From: a bacterium
GTDB taxonomy: Bacteria > SM23-31
DNA: 64,000 bases
Direction of reading: 5' to 3'
NCBI GenBank assembly: GCA_965249485.1
Contig: OZ252239.1
Location: 2,752,001-2,816,000 of the forward strand
The notes under the pieces are model-generated. The model was not told the origin of the DNA, searched no databases, and was given only the letters and a program-made list of their open reading frames with translations. Each line of letters begins with the position of its first letter. Position 1 is the stretch's first letter. This document shows positions 42,442 to 52,277 of this stretch, one piece after another. Both the position numbers and the translations under genes were made by a program.

Positions 42442-43218
42442 ATGGCACTCGAAGTTCTCATAGTCGGCATATCCGGTAAAATGGGCAGAAAAATTTATGA
42501 GCGTATAAAAAGTAGTCCGGATTTGCAATGTGTCGGCGGTTATGACAAAAACAAACCTGCGTTTGACGTTGACGTACCTGTTTCAATTGATATATCGAAG
42601 CTCGTTCATCTCTGTGATGTTGTTGTCGATTTTTCCCTTCCCGATGCAACAATGAATGTCTTGGACTCTTGCAAACAGGCAGATAAAGGAATGGTGATTG
42701 GCACTACCGGGTATTCAAGCGCTCAAATTAAAAAATTAAAAGATTCATCTAAATCTATCCCCATTCTTCATTCACCGAATATGGCTTCTGCGATTGATCT
42801 GCTCGGCTCATTTGCACATTTACTTTCAAGTGTACTACCTGAATCATATGACATTGAAATTATTGAAAAACACAGTAAAACCAAGAAAGATGCGCCAAGC
42901 GGCACTGCTCTAAAACTTGGGTCCGACATAGCAAAAGGAAGAAATCATATTTTGACACGCAAAGCACGATTCGGAAGACACGGCGATTCTCCTCGAAAAA
43001 AAGGTGAAATAACTTTTCATTCAGTTCGTGCAGGCGCACTTATAGCTGAACATGAAATTCTATTTATCGGACAACACGACCAAGTGTCTATATCCCATAC
43101 GGCGTTCGATAGAATGGTTTTTGTTGAAGGGGCATTGCAAGCACTCAAGTTTATTCATTTACAGAAACCAGGCTGGTATTCAATGAGAGATTGTATGGAA
43201 AGTGATCATGGATTATAA
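42442..43218 (+). CDS. dapB: 4-hydroxy-tetrahydrodipicolinate reductase
   Basis: GISGKMG, DFS, IGTTG, EKH...KKDAPSGTA. Confidence 0.94.
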   Translation: MALEVLIVGISGKMGRKIYERIKSSPDLQCVGGYDKNKPAFDVDVPVSIDISKLVHLCDVVVDFSLPDATMNVLDSCKQADKGMVIGTTGYSSAQIKKLKDSSKSIPILHSPNMASAIDLLGSFAHLLSSVLPESYDIEIIEKHSKTKKDAPSGTALKLGSDIAKGRNHILTRKARFGRHGDSPRKKGEITFHSVRAGALIAEHEILFIGQHDQVSISHTAFDRMVFVEGALQALKFIHLQKPGWYSMRDCMESDHGL

Positions 43219-43906
43219 TGAAATTGCGCAGCTCATAGGAACTGCAACAAAAAAAACTCCGGTTAAGGTCTATATAAAAGGTAGTATTGCTACAGCAATT
43301 TCCAGTGATGTAATGATATTCCCCGGTGTCGACTCACTCATTGCAATTGGAGATTACTCTTCAATTAAAACGCTGCTTCAGAAAAACAATAAATCAATCG
43401 AATATTTCTACATTGAAAATGACAGACGGAATTCTGCTCTCCCGATGCTTGACTTGAAAAATATTCCTGCTCGGATTGAACCCGGTGCTGTTATCCGTGA
43501 TAAAGTCAAGATAGGTAAGGATTGTATTATTATGATGGGTGCTGTAATCAATATTGGGGCAGAAATAGGTCCTCGTACAATGATAGATATGAATGCTGTT
43601 GTCGGTGCACGGGGTATAATCGGTAAAGACTGCCATGTCGGTGCCGGCGCTGTCATTGCCGGTGTATTAGAACCACCGAGTGCAAAATCGGTTATTATTC
43701 GTGACGGTGTTATGATCGGTGCAAATGCGGTCATTCTTGAAGGTGTGACGGTTGGAAAAAATAGCGTTATTGCCGCAGGCGCTGTAGTTATAAAAGATGT
43801 CAATTCAAACTCGGTTGTCGCTGGTATTCCTGCAAAATTTATAAAAAATCGAGACAAAAGCACCGATAGCAAGACTGCTCTGGTTGAAGTGCTCAGAAAA
43901 CGTTAA
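43208..43906 (+). CDS. dapH: Tetrahydrodipicolinate N-acetyltransferase (DapH-type)
   Basis: KKTPVKVY, ENDRRNSA, ARIEPGAVIRD, GVLEPPSA, hexapeptide repeats. Confidence 0.92.
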   Translation: MDYNEIAQLIGTATKKTPVKVYIKGSIATAISSDVMIFPGVDSLIAIGDYSSIKTLLQKNNKSIEYFYIENDRRNSALPMLDLKNIPARIEPGAVIRDKVKIGKDCIIMMGAVINIGAEIGPRTMIDMNAVVGARGIIGKDCHVGAGAVIAGVLEPPSAKSVIIRDGVMIGANAVILEGVTVGKNSVIAAGAVVIKDVNSNSVVAGIPAKFIKNRDKSTDSKTALVEVLRKR

Positions 43907-43947
43907 ACTCTAATTTTTATCAATACATACATTATTACTTACTAAAA

Positions 43948-44358
43948 ATGACAAATACATCAGACCGAAAATTCAAAAAGATATTTATGAAGGGGCAGAT
44001 TATATTCAGAGAGGGCTCTCCCGGTAATGAAATGTATATCATTGAGAGCGGACGCGTGAGGATCAGCATAAAATCCGATGATAAAAAATCTATAACACTG
44101 AATACATTCGGACCAAATGAGTTCTTCGGAGAAATGTCACTATTCGATGAAAATAAACGAACTGCCTCTGCCATTGCACTTGAAAACACATCTGTAATTG
44201 TCATAACTGGTGAAATAATGGACAATCAGCTTGACGGACTCCCATCATGGTTTGTTACAATGTTCAAAGCGTTGATAGAGCGTCTTCGCTCCACAAATCT
44301 TAAACTCCTGCCAGGAGCAGCCGGAATTGATGATGAGGAAGATGATCTCGTAGAGTAA
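43948..44358 (+). CDS. Stand-alone cyclic-nucleotide-binding domain protein
   Basis: IFREG.PG.EMYIIESG, FFGEMSLFD...RTASA; no HTH. Confidence 0.85.
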   Translation: MTNTSDRKFKKIFMKGQIIFREGSPGNEMYIIESGRVRISIKSDDKKSITLNTFGPNEFFGEMSLFDENKRTASAIALENTSVIVITGEIMDNQLDGLPSWFVTMFKALIERLRSTNLKLLPGAAGIDDEEDDLVE

Positions 44359-44474
44359 TGCAGTAATTTATTTTTGAATTAATATATTGAAATGAATGCG
44401 GAAAATTACAGTCAGAAAGGAATTTGCAAAGCAGATTATTTTATATATCTCAATTAAATATTTAAATATTATTC

Positions 44475-45503
44475 TTATGCTATAATCTCTTCTTCTTCAC
44501 CACGACCAGAAATGACGATTTCACCGTCTTCTTCAAGTGACCGAACAATATCAACTATCTTCATCTGAGCTTCTTCAACATCCTTCAAACGGACCGGACC
44601 CATAAATTCAAGTTCTTCTTTAATAAGATTAGCAGCCCGCTCAGACATATTTCTAAATATTGACTCCTTTAATTCGTCATTCGCAACTTTCAGTGAAATG
44701 CTGAGATCTTTTGTGTCGATTTCTCTCATGACCCGTTGAACTGAACGATCATCGAGCAGAATTAAGTCATCAAAGGTGAACATCAGATTTTTGATCTCAG
44801 TAGCAAGCTCCGGATTTCTTTTTTCAAGATCGGCAAGAATAGTCTTTTCAGCAGTTCTACTCGCCAAATTTAATACTTCCGCAACAGCTTCTGCTCCACC
44901 AGCCGTACTGAGGTCCTGTCCAAAAACAGTTTCAACTTGAGTTTCAAGCACACTTTCAATATCATTGAGCAATTCGGGAGAAATCTTTCCCATTGATGCT
45001 ATTCGGTAGGCGACATCTGCTTGAAGTTCAGGTGGTAAATCGGCTATAATGGTAGCAACCTGTTTGGCTTCAAGATTCGCTAATATCAGCGAAATTGTTT
45101 GGGGATGTTCGTGCTGAATAAAGTTTAACAACTGGTTCGGATCGACGTCTTTCAGGAGCGTGAAACCGCTAACGTTGATTGCCGATTCTACTTTCGAGAT
45201 AACCTCATGTGCTTTTCTCGGACCAACGGCTTTTTCGAGGACACCTTTTGCATAGTCAATACCGCCTTGAGAGATATACTCCTGAGCCATGATCATCTGG
45301 TAGAATTCCTCGATAACTGCTTCCATTATTGTCGAAGGGATATCTTTCATGTTTGCAATTTCTACAGCAAGCCTTTCAACATCTTTATCTTTAAGATGTT
45401 TAAATATTTGTGACGCGGCTTCTGTACCGATTGCGATAACCAGAATTGATGTTTTTTGGCGCCCTGTTAAGTTCTCTATAGTTAATGGTTCGGCTTCTTG
45501 CAC
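44475..45503 (-). CDS. fliG: Flagellar motor switch protein FliG
   Basis: GGIDYA, EHPQTI, MFTFDDL, NMSERA, GPVRLKDVEEAQ. Confidence 0.95.
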   Translation of the reverse strand: MQEAEPLTIENLTGRQKTSILVIAIGTEAASQIFKHLKDKDVERLAVEIANMKDIPSTIMEAVIEEFYQMIMAQEYISQGGIDYAKGVLEKAVGPRKAHEVISKVESAINVSGFTLLKDVDPNQLLNFIQHEHPQTISLILANLEAKQVATIIADLPPELQADVAYRIASMGKISPELLNDIESVLETQVETVFGQDLSTAGGAEAVAEVLNLASRTAEKTILADLEKRNPELATEIKNLMFTFDDLILLDDRSVQRVMREIDTKDLSISLKVANDELKESIFRNMSERAANLIKEELEFMGPVRLKDVEEAQMKIVDIVRSLEEDGEIVISGRGEEEEIIA

Positions 45504-45617
45504 GTTGTTTTTCCTAAATGTATCGTACCAAAAAAGTACGATAAAACTGTCTCCATTTATAAAATGTGACGATAATAATATGACACAATACTAGTTACAA
45601 TACTATGCTCCAGTATA

Positions 45618-45644
45618 CAATCGACAGATTTGGCAGATTATTTA
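45618..45644 (-). promoter_or_regulatory. Putative sigma28 (FliA) promoter upstream of fliG
   Basis: TAAA-N15-GTCGATTG versus consensus TAAA-N15-GCCGATAA. Confidence 0.4.
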
Positions 45645-45867
45645 CCTATTATTTTATACTTTATTGAAAATAACTGATCACATTTTTGGTTCAGAATGCT
45701 TACAGGTCTAATTATCCATAATCACCTATCTATTACTCAAATATTTTTATAATGTCAATAAAATTCAAACAATTAATCTGGTATTGTTTTTGTAGAATAT
45801 CTTAATATTTTAGAGGTTAAACATTTTCATAATGTTCCTCTCGCTAATTCAAATGCTATTCACCTAT

Positions 45868-47142
45868 CTAATTAATATCAATCCGACGGTCTGAAAATTG
45901 GAGAAATTCTATGTTTTGCAGGGTATCGTTTCCTTCTCGGTTAGGAATATTATCCGTAACACGCACATATTGGTTAGTGTCATCAATTGAATACTCACTG
46001 AAACTCCCGCTATATACCGCTGTGTCATCGCCACTACGGCCGTCAAGCTCATCGTCACCACCTCCACTATTGAGTATGTTATTCCCGTCATTTCCGGTTA
46101 AAATATTATTGTATTCATTTCCTGTCAAGTTGGCATTCTTGCTGCCGCGAAGTGTTGCATTTCTGAGATGTTGTGATTTATGGGTATAGACAAGCGATTC
46201 ATCAAATCGTATTGAGAAAGTCCCTTCAAAATCGATCGGCAGAAGTGGTGTATAGATAATATACGGGTGAAAAAATTTTTCAACCAGCTCATATCCAACC
46301 GGATCGAGCTCCAGTAATCGTGTACGGGTATTGGAAGGATTCTGCCCCCAGTGTGCTGTTCCTTCAGGCATTTGTCCCGGCTCAATCTTTCTTCCCTCCC
46401 ATACTTTAGGCAGAATATTCCATAAATCAAGGTAAACGTCGAATTGTTGGGCAATATACTCAAAATGCCAACCCGGCGGATCGTCGTTTGGTGGTCCCCA
46501 TCCTCTCGCTACCGCTGCATCTTTCGCTTCTATAATTTCTTCATTATACTTTGGCAAAGCTGGGATGATGCCTGAACCCTGAACCAAATGCAATACTTCT
46601 TCATAGGCTGCATCACGGGTAATATGATTCATATAATCATCACTACCTTCAGCAGTTGTCTCATTTTCCCATAGGCTTTGCGTGAAGAGGTCAGTACCAT
46701 CTCCAAATGGACCTTCTCTCGCTTCTTGTGCGGATCCTGATGTATTGAACAGTGTCATTGTTGCTTTGTTGTCCGACATAGTGTTAGCAACGATCAACTT
46801 ATTACTGCCGTATTCTGAGCCGGGAAAATCGGTTAGAATAAATTCCATAATATTCCGAGCTTTCAGTATCTTATCATCGCTCCACGCATCTTGAGCAATG
46901 AAATGAATCGGTTTACCATTCGGTGCAATGATTTTTGTATATTTCGAAAATAAATCAGTAAATAGTGATGGCGTATTTTCCGGAAATGGAACAATACCAT
47001 TTGGAGATCCTGAAATATTTATGTCGGGCAGTGTATTACCGGGTAGGCGATTCGTTTGCAAAATAACATTCTCATGTTTTTCTGTACATGAAAGAGTATA
47101 TAACAAAATTAACGGAAGTAGCATAAATACTTTTATTTTCAT
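45868..47142 (-). CDS. Lipoprotein with C-terminal RTX-like Ca-binding repeats
   Basis: Lipobox TLSC; LTGNEYNNILTGNDGNNILNSGGGDDELDG, GNDTL.NIE.LQF.D; AYEEVLHLV motif. Confidence 0.8.
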   Translation of the reverse strand: MKIKVFMLLPLILLYTLSCTEKHENVILQTNRLPGNTLPDINISGSPNGIVPFPENTPSLFTDLFSKYTKIIAPNGKPIHFIAQDAWSDDKILKARNIMEFILTDFPGSEYGSNKLIVANTMSDNKATMTLFNTSGSAQEAREGPFGDGTDLFTQSLWENETTAEGSDDYMNHITRDAAYEEVLHLVQGSGIIPALPKYNEEIIEAKDAAVARGWGPPNDDPPGWHFEYIAQQFDVYLDLWNILPKVWEGRKIEPGQMPEGTAHWGQNPSNTRTRLLELDPVGYELVEKFFHPYIIYTPLLPIDFEGTFSIRFDESLVYTHKSQHLRNATLRGSKNANLTGNEYNNILTGNDGNNILNSGGGDDELDGRSGDDTAVYSGSFSEYSIDDTNQYVRVTDNIPNREGNDTLQNIEFLQFSDRRIDIN

Positions 47143-47265
47143 GACATCTCCTCACTTTTGGAACTCTGCTTGATAAACAAGAAAATGAATAGTTTGATAT
47201 AATTCAATATAGCTATATAACTCTAATATCTGAAACGGTTAGATATATAGTAATATTAACTATGC

Positions 47266-47652
47266 TCAACTTATTTCTGAGCAAATTCTGTCATCTGCAC
47301 CGCGCAGTCTTTTGCTGAAAGCCCGAAGCATTTCCTGTATAACCGGGCTCGATTCAGCAAGTTCATGTTCAAACATTTCTTTTTCAAAAAAAATGCACTC
47401 TACGTCGGTAAGTGCAGTAACACTAGCTGAATGGGGTTTGTGGTCGATGAGAGTCATTTCTCCAAAAAAGGCGCCTTTGCCGAGTGTGGCAAGTTTAACA
47501 TCTGAATTCTCATTTTTGATCGAGACTTCAACTTCGCCCTCTATAATTTTATAAGCTCCTGTATCATATTCACCTTCACGAATAATGACATCTCCTACAT
47601 CAAAAGATTTTTCAACTAAATTTGGAATTTCATAATCCCCTGATTTTTGCAT
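47266..47652 (-). CDS. Stand-alone cyclic-nucleotide-binding domain protein
   Basis: IIREGE...YKIIEGEV, FFGEMTLIDHKPHSASVTA. Confidence 0.85.
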   Translation of the reverse strand: MQKSGDYEIPNLVEKSFDVGDVIIREGEYDTGAYKIIEGEVEVSIKNENSDVKLATLGKGAFFGEMTLIDHKPHSASVTALTDVECIFFEKEMFEHELAESSPVIQEMLRAFSKRLRGADDRICSEIS

Positions 47653-48069
47653 ATTATCTCCAAAATATAAGGCTATTATTTTATTTCTGTAAATTGATTT
47701 ATAATTACTATTGACCTACTGACGTATTCTCATAAGCTAAATTTATCATGCCACATCAGTACATTTCATCTCAACTTACAAGATTCAATTACAGTATGTA
47801 AATTTCTTATACCCCAAATTGGATTCAAGTTTACATGACTAAAATTTAGACATAATTAAAATTTTTATCTACCTTATTTAACATCTGATAAAACAAATAT
47901 CGACAGGATTTCTTCTCAAAAAGTAGGTTTATTAAAGATATTGAAAAATCAGTAAAGCATTGCTCTCACGATAAATAATACTACTCAATAGTAATATAAT
48001 TCAAATATTTTACAATTAAAAAGACTAAATTTATACTCACTCGATTTACTATTGACAGTGAGACTATTT

Positions 48070-48488
48070 CTAAATACCGTCCTTGACACCTTTTTTTCTA
48101 AGATAGGCTGCTAGTGCAGCATCAATAACTGAAACATGTTCACCAAAGTATGCCCACAGTTCATACTGAAGTGACTTTGCCGCTTCTATTGAGTATGAGT
48201 TCTGCGAAAAATAGTTTTCAACTCTTTTATGATTTTCAGAGATTTAGCATGTTCCTTTTTATGAAAGGTATATTCCGGGTAATTATACTTCAGCATAAAC
48301 TCTTCTTCTTTTTTGAAATGTGATACAGTGTAACCTTCAAGATATTCTAACACTTTTCTCACTTCCAGACCCGGCCTGCCTTGATCAATTGCTTTTGACA
48401 GGTTATTGATGTTCTGTATTAACCGCTTATGCTGGTTATCAATTATATGTGAGCCGGTTGAAAATCTGTCTTCCCACTTCACTTCCAT
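48070..48488 (-). pseudogene. Bacteriohemerythrin, frameshifted
   Basis: W...STG...IDNQHK, HFKKEE, YPEY..HKKEH; the last helix LWAYFGEHVSVIDAALAAYL lies in another frame after the T4 at 48215-48218; 3' end uncertain. Confidence 0.8.
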
Positions 48489-48765
48489 TGCCAACCTCAT
48501 TAATTACGTCGTACTTCAGGAACTCAAGAAGAACATGATCTTGCACGTTATCGTTATCCGTAAAGACAAATATCTAATTCACTATATCTCCGCTATCATG
48601 CATATTGTCATGAAGTAAGTTCGCCTCAAACATTTAAATTACAAATATTTATATATTTTGCAAGGATGTTTTAAGTAAAAATGATTTAATTAATTAATAA
48701 CAATCGATACCAGGTAGAAAGCGAATAATCGGTTGTAACTGCGATTAATATTTTAAACTTGTAAG

Positions 48766-48838
48766 AGCGGGCAACGGGACTCGAACCCGCGACCCCCAGC
48801 TTGGGAAGCTGGTGCTCTACCAACTGAGCTATGCCCGC
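48766..48838 (-). tRNA. tRNA-Gly(CCC), CCA not encoded
   Basis: GCGGGCATAGCTCAGTTGGTAGAGCACCAGCTTCCCAAGCTGGGGGTCGCGGGTTCGAGTCCCGTTGCCCGCT folds as a cloverleaf. Confidence 0.95.
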
Positions 48839-48944
48839 ACATTTTGTGATTTTTTACAATACAACATTCGACTCACTGTATCGATAAACTATTGAACATA
48901 ATATATTTATTTCGCCTATAATATCAATTCTTTTTAATATAAAA

Positions 48945-49523
48945 TCAAAGAAACCAAAATAGTTTTTTTACCAGTCCAGTTGCTTTTTTTGGTAGCCATG
49001 TAACTGCAGCAATAGACTTACCAATAAGTCCTCTCGGCTGTGCCGGCTCTGAAACTACACTTCTTTGCTGTAACGTCTGATTCAGTTCATCTCTATACTC
49101 TTGAATTCCCGAATATAATAAAAAATCCCGGCAGTTGTTCTGATCCCAAATTCAGTGTCCTGAGCGCGCTAGGAATATCGTCTAACCGCGCCTGGCACTC
49201 CGCCAGCCGCACATAAACACGTGCGTCATAGGGATTTTTTGATCCATAGCGTCAAAAAAGAGTATAATTGCTGTATCGTAATCTTTTAAGAAATAGTAGT
49301 CGTTCAAGCTTTTCAGATATATCGAATAACTCCTTTTGGCAGCATCATTCCATTCAAATTCAGGAAAAGACTCAGCTATAACAGGCAGGACATACTCTCT
49401 GTTAAAAATCGAATTTCTTGAATTCGATTTATTCATCATCCAAAAACACGAGTTGATTTGAAAGCAAAATGTAAATAGAATCACGAATAAAAAAAACTGT
49501 TTTACTGCAGTAAATTTTCTCAT
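48945..49523 (-). pseudogene. Putative TPR lipoprotein with two compensating frameshifts
   Basis: Signal peptide ending INSC; TPR-like NPYDARVYVRLAECQARLDDIPSALRTL is out of frame between homopolymers at 49235-49240 and 49120-49125. Confidence 0.55.
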
Positions 49524-49659
49524 ACAATTTGGTAGCATTCTTGAACTAACGGCTTATAAGTAACTAATTTATAGTCGTCAGTCTGATAGCATTTCTTTCT
49601 TTTTTGTAAGGTTTAATAGAACATTGTTAATTCAACAGAAATGGTCAACTTGAGTCAAT

Positions 49660-51576
49660 TTACGGATCAACCCAGTTTCCATCTTCCTGTATAAGTTCAA
49701 TAAGTGCATCGACGGCCTGCTCTGTCGGAATATTCTTTTTAATTACCTCTTGACCGCGGTATAATGTGATTTTTCCTACTCCGGAGCCGACATACCCATA
49801 GTCTGCATCTGCCATTTCACCCGGACCATTAACGATACAACCCATAATGCCGATTTTTAAACCTTTCAGGTGATCGGTACGAGTACGTATTTTCGCACTT
49901 GTTATTTGAAGATCAAATAGGGTCCTACCACATGAAGGACAAGAGATATAGTCTGTTTTGGAGATGCGTGTTCTGCTGGCTTGGAGAATTCCGAATACAG
50001 TACGGACAGTAAGCTCGCTACTCGGATTCAACCATACACCATTTCCGAATCCGTCAATGAGAAGTCCTCCTATATCAATAGCGCTCAATAGTTGAAATTC
50101 TTCATCATCAGTAATGACATACGTTTTTTGCAGAACAACTGGAAGCAATATTTCATTATTTATAAATTCATAATACACTTTACGGTAATCATGTAAAGTA
50201 TTATTACTATTCCCTTTAAGGACAATTACCGCGTTAGTGACAGAGGAAAGCTTATCAGAATCAAATTCATCTAGCGGAATTTCAATAAAATACAATTTTC
50301 CTTTAGGAAATTGCGATGCATCATACTGATTCCAATGTATAATCGGAAATGATAACGTGTTATTTCTAAGAGATTCCCAGTATTCAAAATCATAAATGAA
50401 TTGCAACGCAGGTGTAATATTAATGCTGGGTTCTCGGTTTCCCAGATATACAAAATCTGCCGCTGCATCAGCAATTTTCCACTTGTCGGTTGCAGTGTCA
50501 TAGGAATATCCAATAGCTGCAAGATTCGTGTAATCCAATACCTCATTGTGAAAATCTGCTATTACCTGCGGTGGATGATTACTGCCAAATGGGGTAATTT
50601 CATTACTTGTTTTGCGAATATATTCAAATGGATTGACAGGGCTGTCATATTCAATAAAACCGGCTGAATCAGGTTCTCTATTTGTATAGCGGTTTACAAT
50701 TTTCAATGCTACTGGAGATTCAACTTCCGGTGGTTCCGTCAAGGAAACTCTTACTGTATCTCCAAGTCCGTCTTCAAGAAGTGTACCAATACCCATTGCG
50801 GATTTAATTCTCCCGTCTTCACCCTCACCTGCTTCCGTTACTCCGAGATGCAGTGGATAATTCATGTTTTCCATGTCCATTCTATGGACAAGCAGACGAT
50901 AGGCTTGTACCATAATAAGCGGATTACTTGCTTTCATAGAGAGGACTATATCGAAATAGCGGTTATCCTCACAGATTCTGATAAACTCCATTGCCGATTC
51001 AACCATACCGAGCGGGGTATCGCCGTATCTATTCATAATTCTATCAGACAGTGAACCGTGATTTGTCCCGATACGCATTGCTGTTCCGTATTCTTTACAA
51101 ATTTCTATTAGGGGAGTAAACCGATCATGAATTCGCTCAAGTTCTTCGTTATACTGAGAATCAGTATATTCGGTAACACTGAATTTCTTGCGATCTGCAT
51201 AATTCCCCGGATTGATCCGTACTTTTTCCACAATCCGGGCTGCAACTTCCGCTGCGTTTGGTGTGAAATGAATATCTGCAATAAGTGGATGATTATACCC
51301 TTTATCGCGGAGCTTTTTCTTGATAACAGCTAGATTTTCCGCTTCTCTTATACTCGGAGCAGTTATACGAACATAGTCGCTCCCTGAATCAATTATTCGT
51401 ATCGATTCCGCAACCGTTTCATCAGTATCCATTGTTGGTGTCACAGTCATAGACTGAATACGTATCGGATGCACACCGCCTAATGGAGTATTGCCAATGG
51501 CTACTTCTCTGCTTTCTCGACGTCGGTACGAAAGTAGGCTGTCACAATATTTATATTTACTTTGTACTAATTCCAT
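49660..51576 (-). CDS. ispG: HMBPP synthase, long three-domain type
   Basis: IQSMT, ADIHF, RINPGN, RIGTNHGSLS, HLGVTEAG, SCPSCGRT, MGCIVNGPGE. Confidence 0.96.
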   Translation of the reverse strand: MELVQSKYKYCDSLLSYRRRESREVAIGNTPLGGVHPIRIQSMTVTPTMDTDETVAESIRIIDSGSDYVRITAPSIREAENLAVIKKKLRDKGYNHPLIADIHFTPNAAEVAARIVEKVRINPGNYADRKKFSVTEYTDSQYNEELERIHDRFTPLIEICKEYGTAMRIGTNHGSLSDRIMNRYGDTPLGMVESAMEFIRICEDNRYFDIVLSMKASNPLIMVQAYRLLVHRMDMENMNYPLHLGVTEAGEGEDGRIKSAMGIGTLLEDGLGDTVRVSLTEPPEVESPVALKIVNRYTNREPDSAGFIEYDSPVNPFEYIRKTSNEITPFGSNHPPQVIADFHNEVLDYTNLAAIGYSYDTATDKWKIADAAADFVYLGNREPSINITPALQFIYDFEYWESLRNNTLSFPIIHWNQYDASQFPKGKLYFIEIPLDEFDSDKLSSVTNAVIVLKGNSNNTLHDYRKVYYEFINNEILLPVVLQKTYVITDDEEFQLLSAIDIGGLLIDGFGNGVWLNPSSELTVRTVFGILQASRTRISKTDYISCPSCGRTLFDLQITSAKIRTRTDHLKGLKIGIMGCIVNGPGEMADADYGYVGSGVGKITLYRGQEVIKKNIPTEQAVDALIELIQEDGNWVDP

Positions 51577-51604
51577 ATATCATAATTTTTACGTTATTTT
51601 TGAA

Positions 51605-52129
51605 TTACTTTTTGAATACAGTCCTATAGTATCCGAACAAAGAAAGAAATAATAATAGTAATGAAAAATACAAGACATAGAGCTTGATACTTTCGATATT
51701 AATCATGTATGAGAGTATCAAAAGGGCATAAATCGAAACAGTTATTTTGCCAAGCAAATTAGAAGACGGAACATAATCCATTGTTTTCATAACATATATT
51801 CCGAATAGTAAAATAATCACATCTCTGAGCAGTATCAACATCAATGCCCAGAGAGGAAAATCTCTGAAGAGAACAAGCGCCAATAAAACACCAGCAACAG
51901 CAATTTTATCCGCCAGAGGATCAATAATTTTACCTAGTTCGGTAACTTGATTGAACTTTCGTGCATAAAGTCCATCGAAATAATCGGTAAGAATTGCAAT
52001 AATCGTTAAAACAATTGCATACAGTGTACCATCATCAAGAGACAGATAATACATTACAACCGGCACTAACAGTATCCTGATAACGCTGAGTAAATTAGAA
52101 ATGAGAAACAAATCTTTAATCATTAGCAT
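51605..52129 (-). CDS. CDP-alcohol phosphatidyltransferase (PgsA-like)
   Basis: TDYFDGLYAR...LGKIIDPLADK. Confidence 0.9.
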   Translation of the reverse strand: MLMIKDLFLISNLLSVIRILLVPVVMYYLSLDDGTLYAIVLTIIAILTDYFDGLYARKFNQVTELGKIIDPLADKIAVAGVLLALVLFRDFPLWALMLILLRDVIILLFGIYVMKTMDYVPSSNLLGKITVSIYALLILSYMINIESIKLYVLYFSLLLLFLSLFGYYRTVFKK

Positions 52130-52277
52130 TAGGAAGATAATGTAGATTTCAGATTGATAAATATATGAATAATCATGCAATAACAACAGTAAATTTTATG
52201 TGATTTGAAGACAATAATATTATCTCAAAAAAAATTATCGAACGGCATATTAATTAAAATAATAATTAAATCTACTC

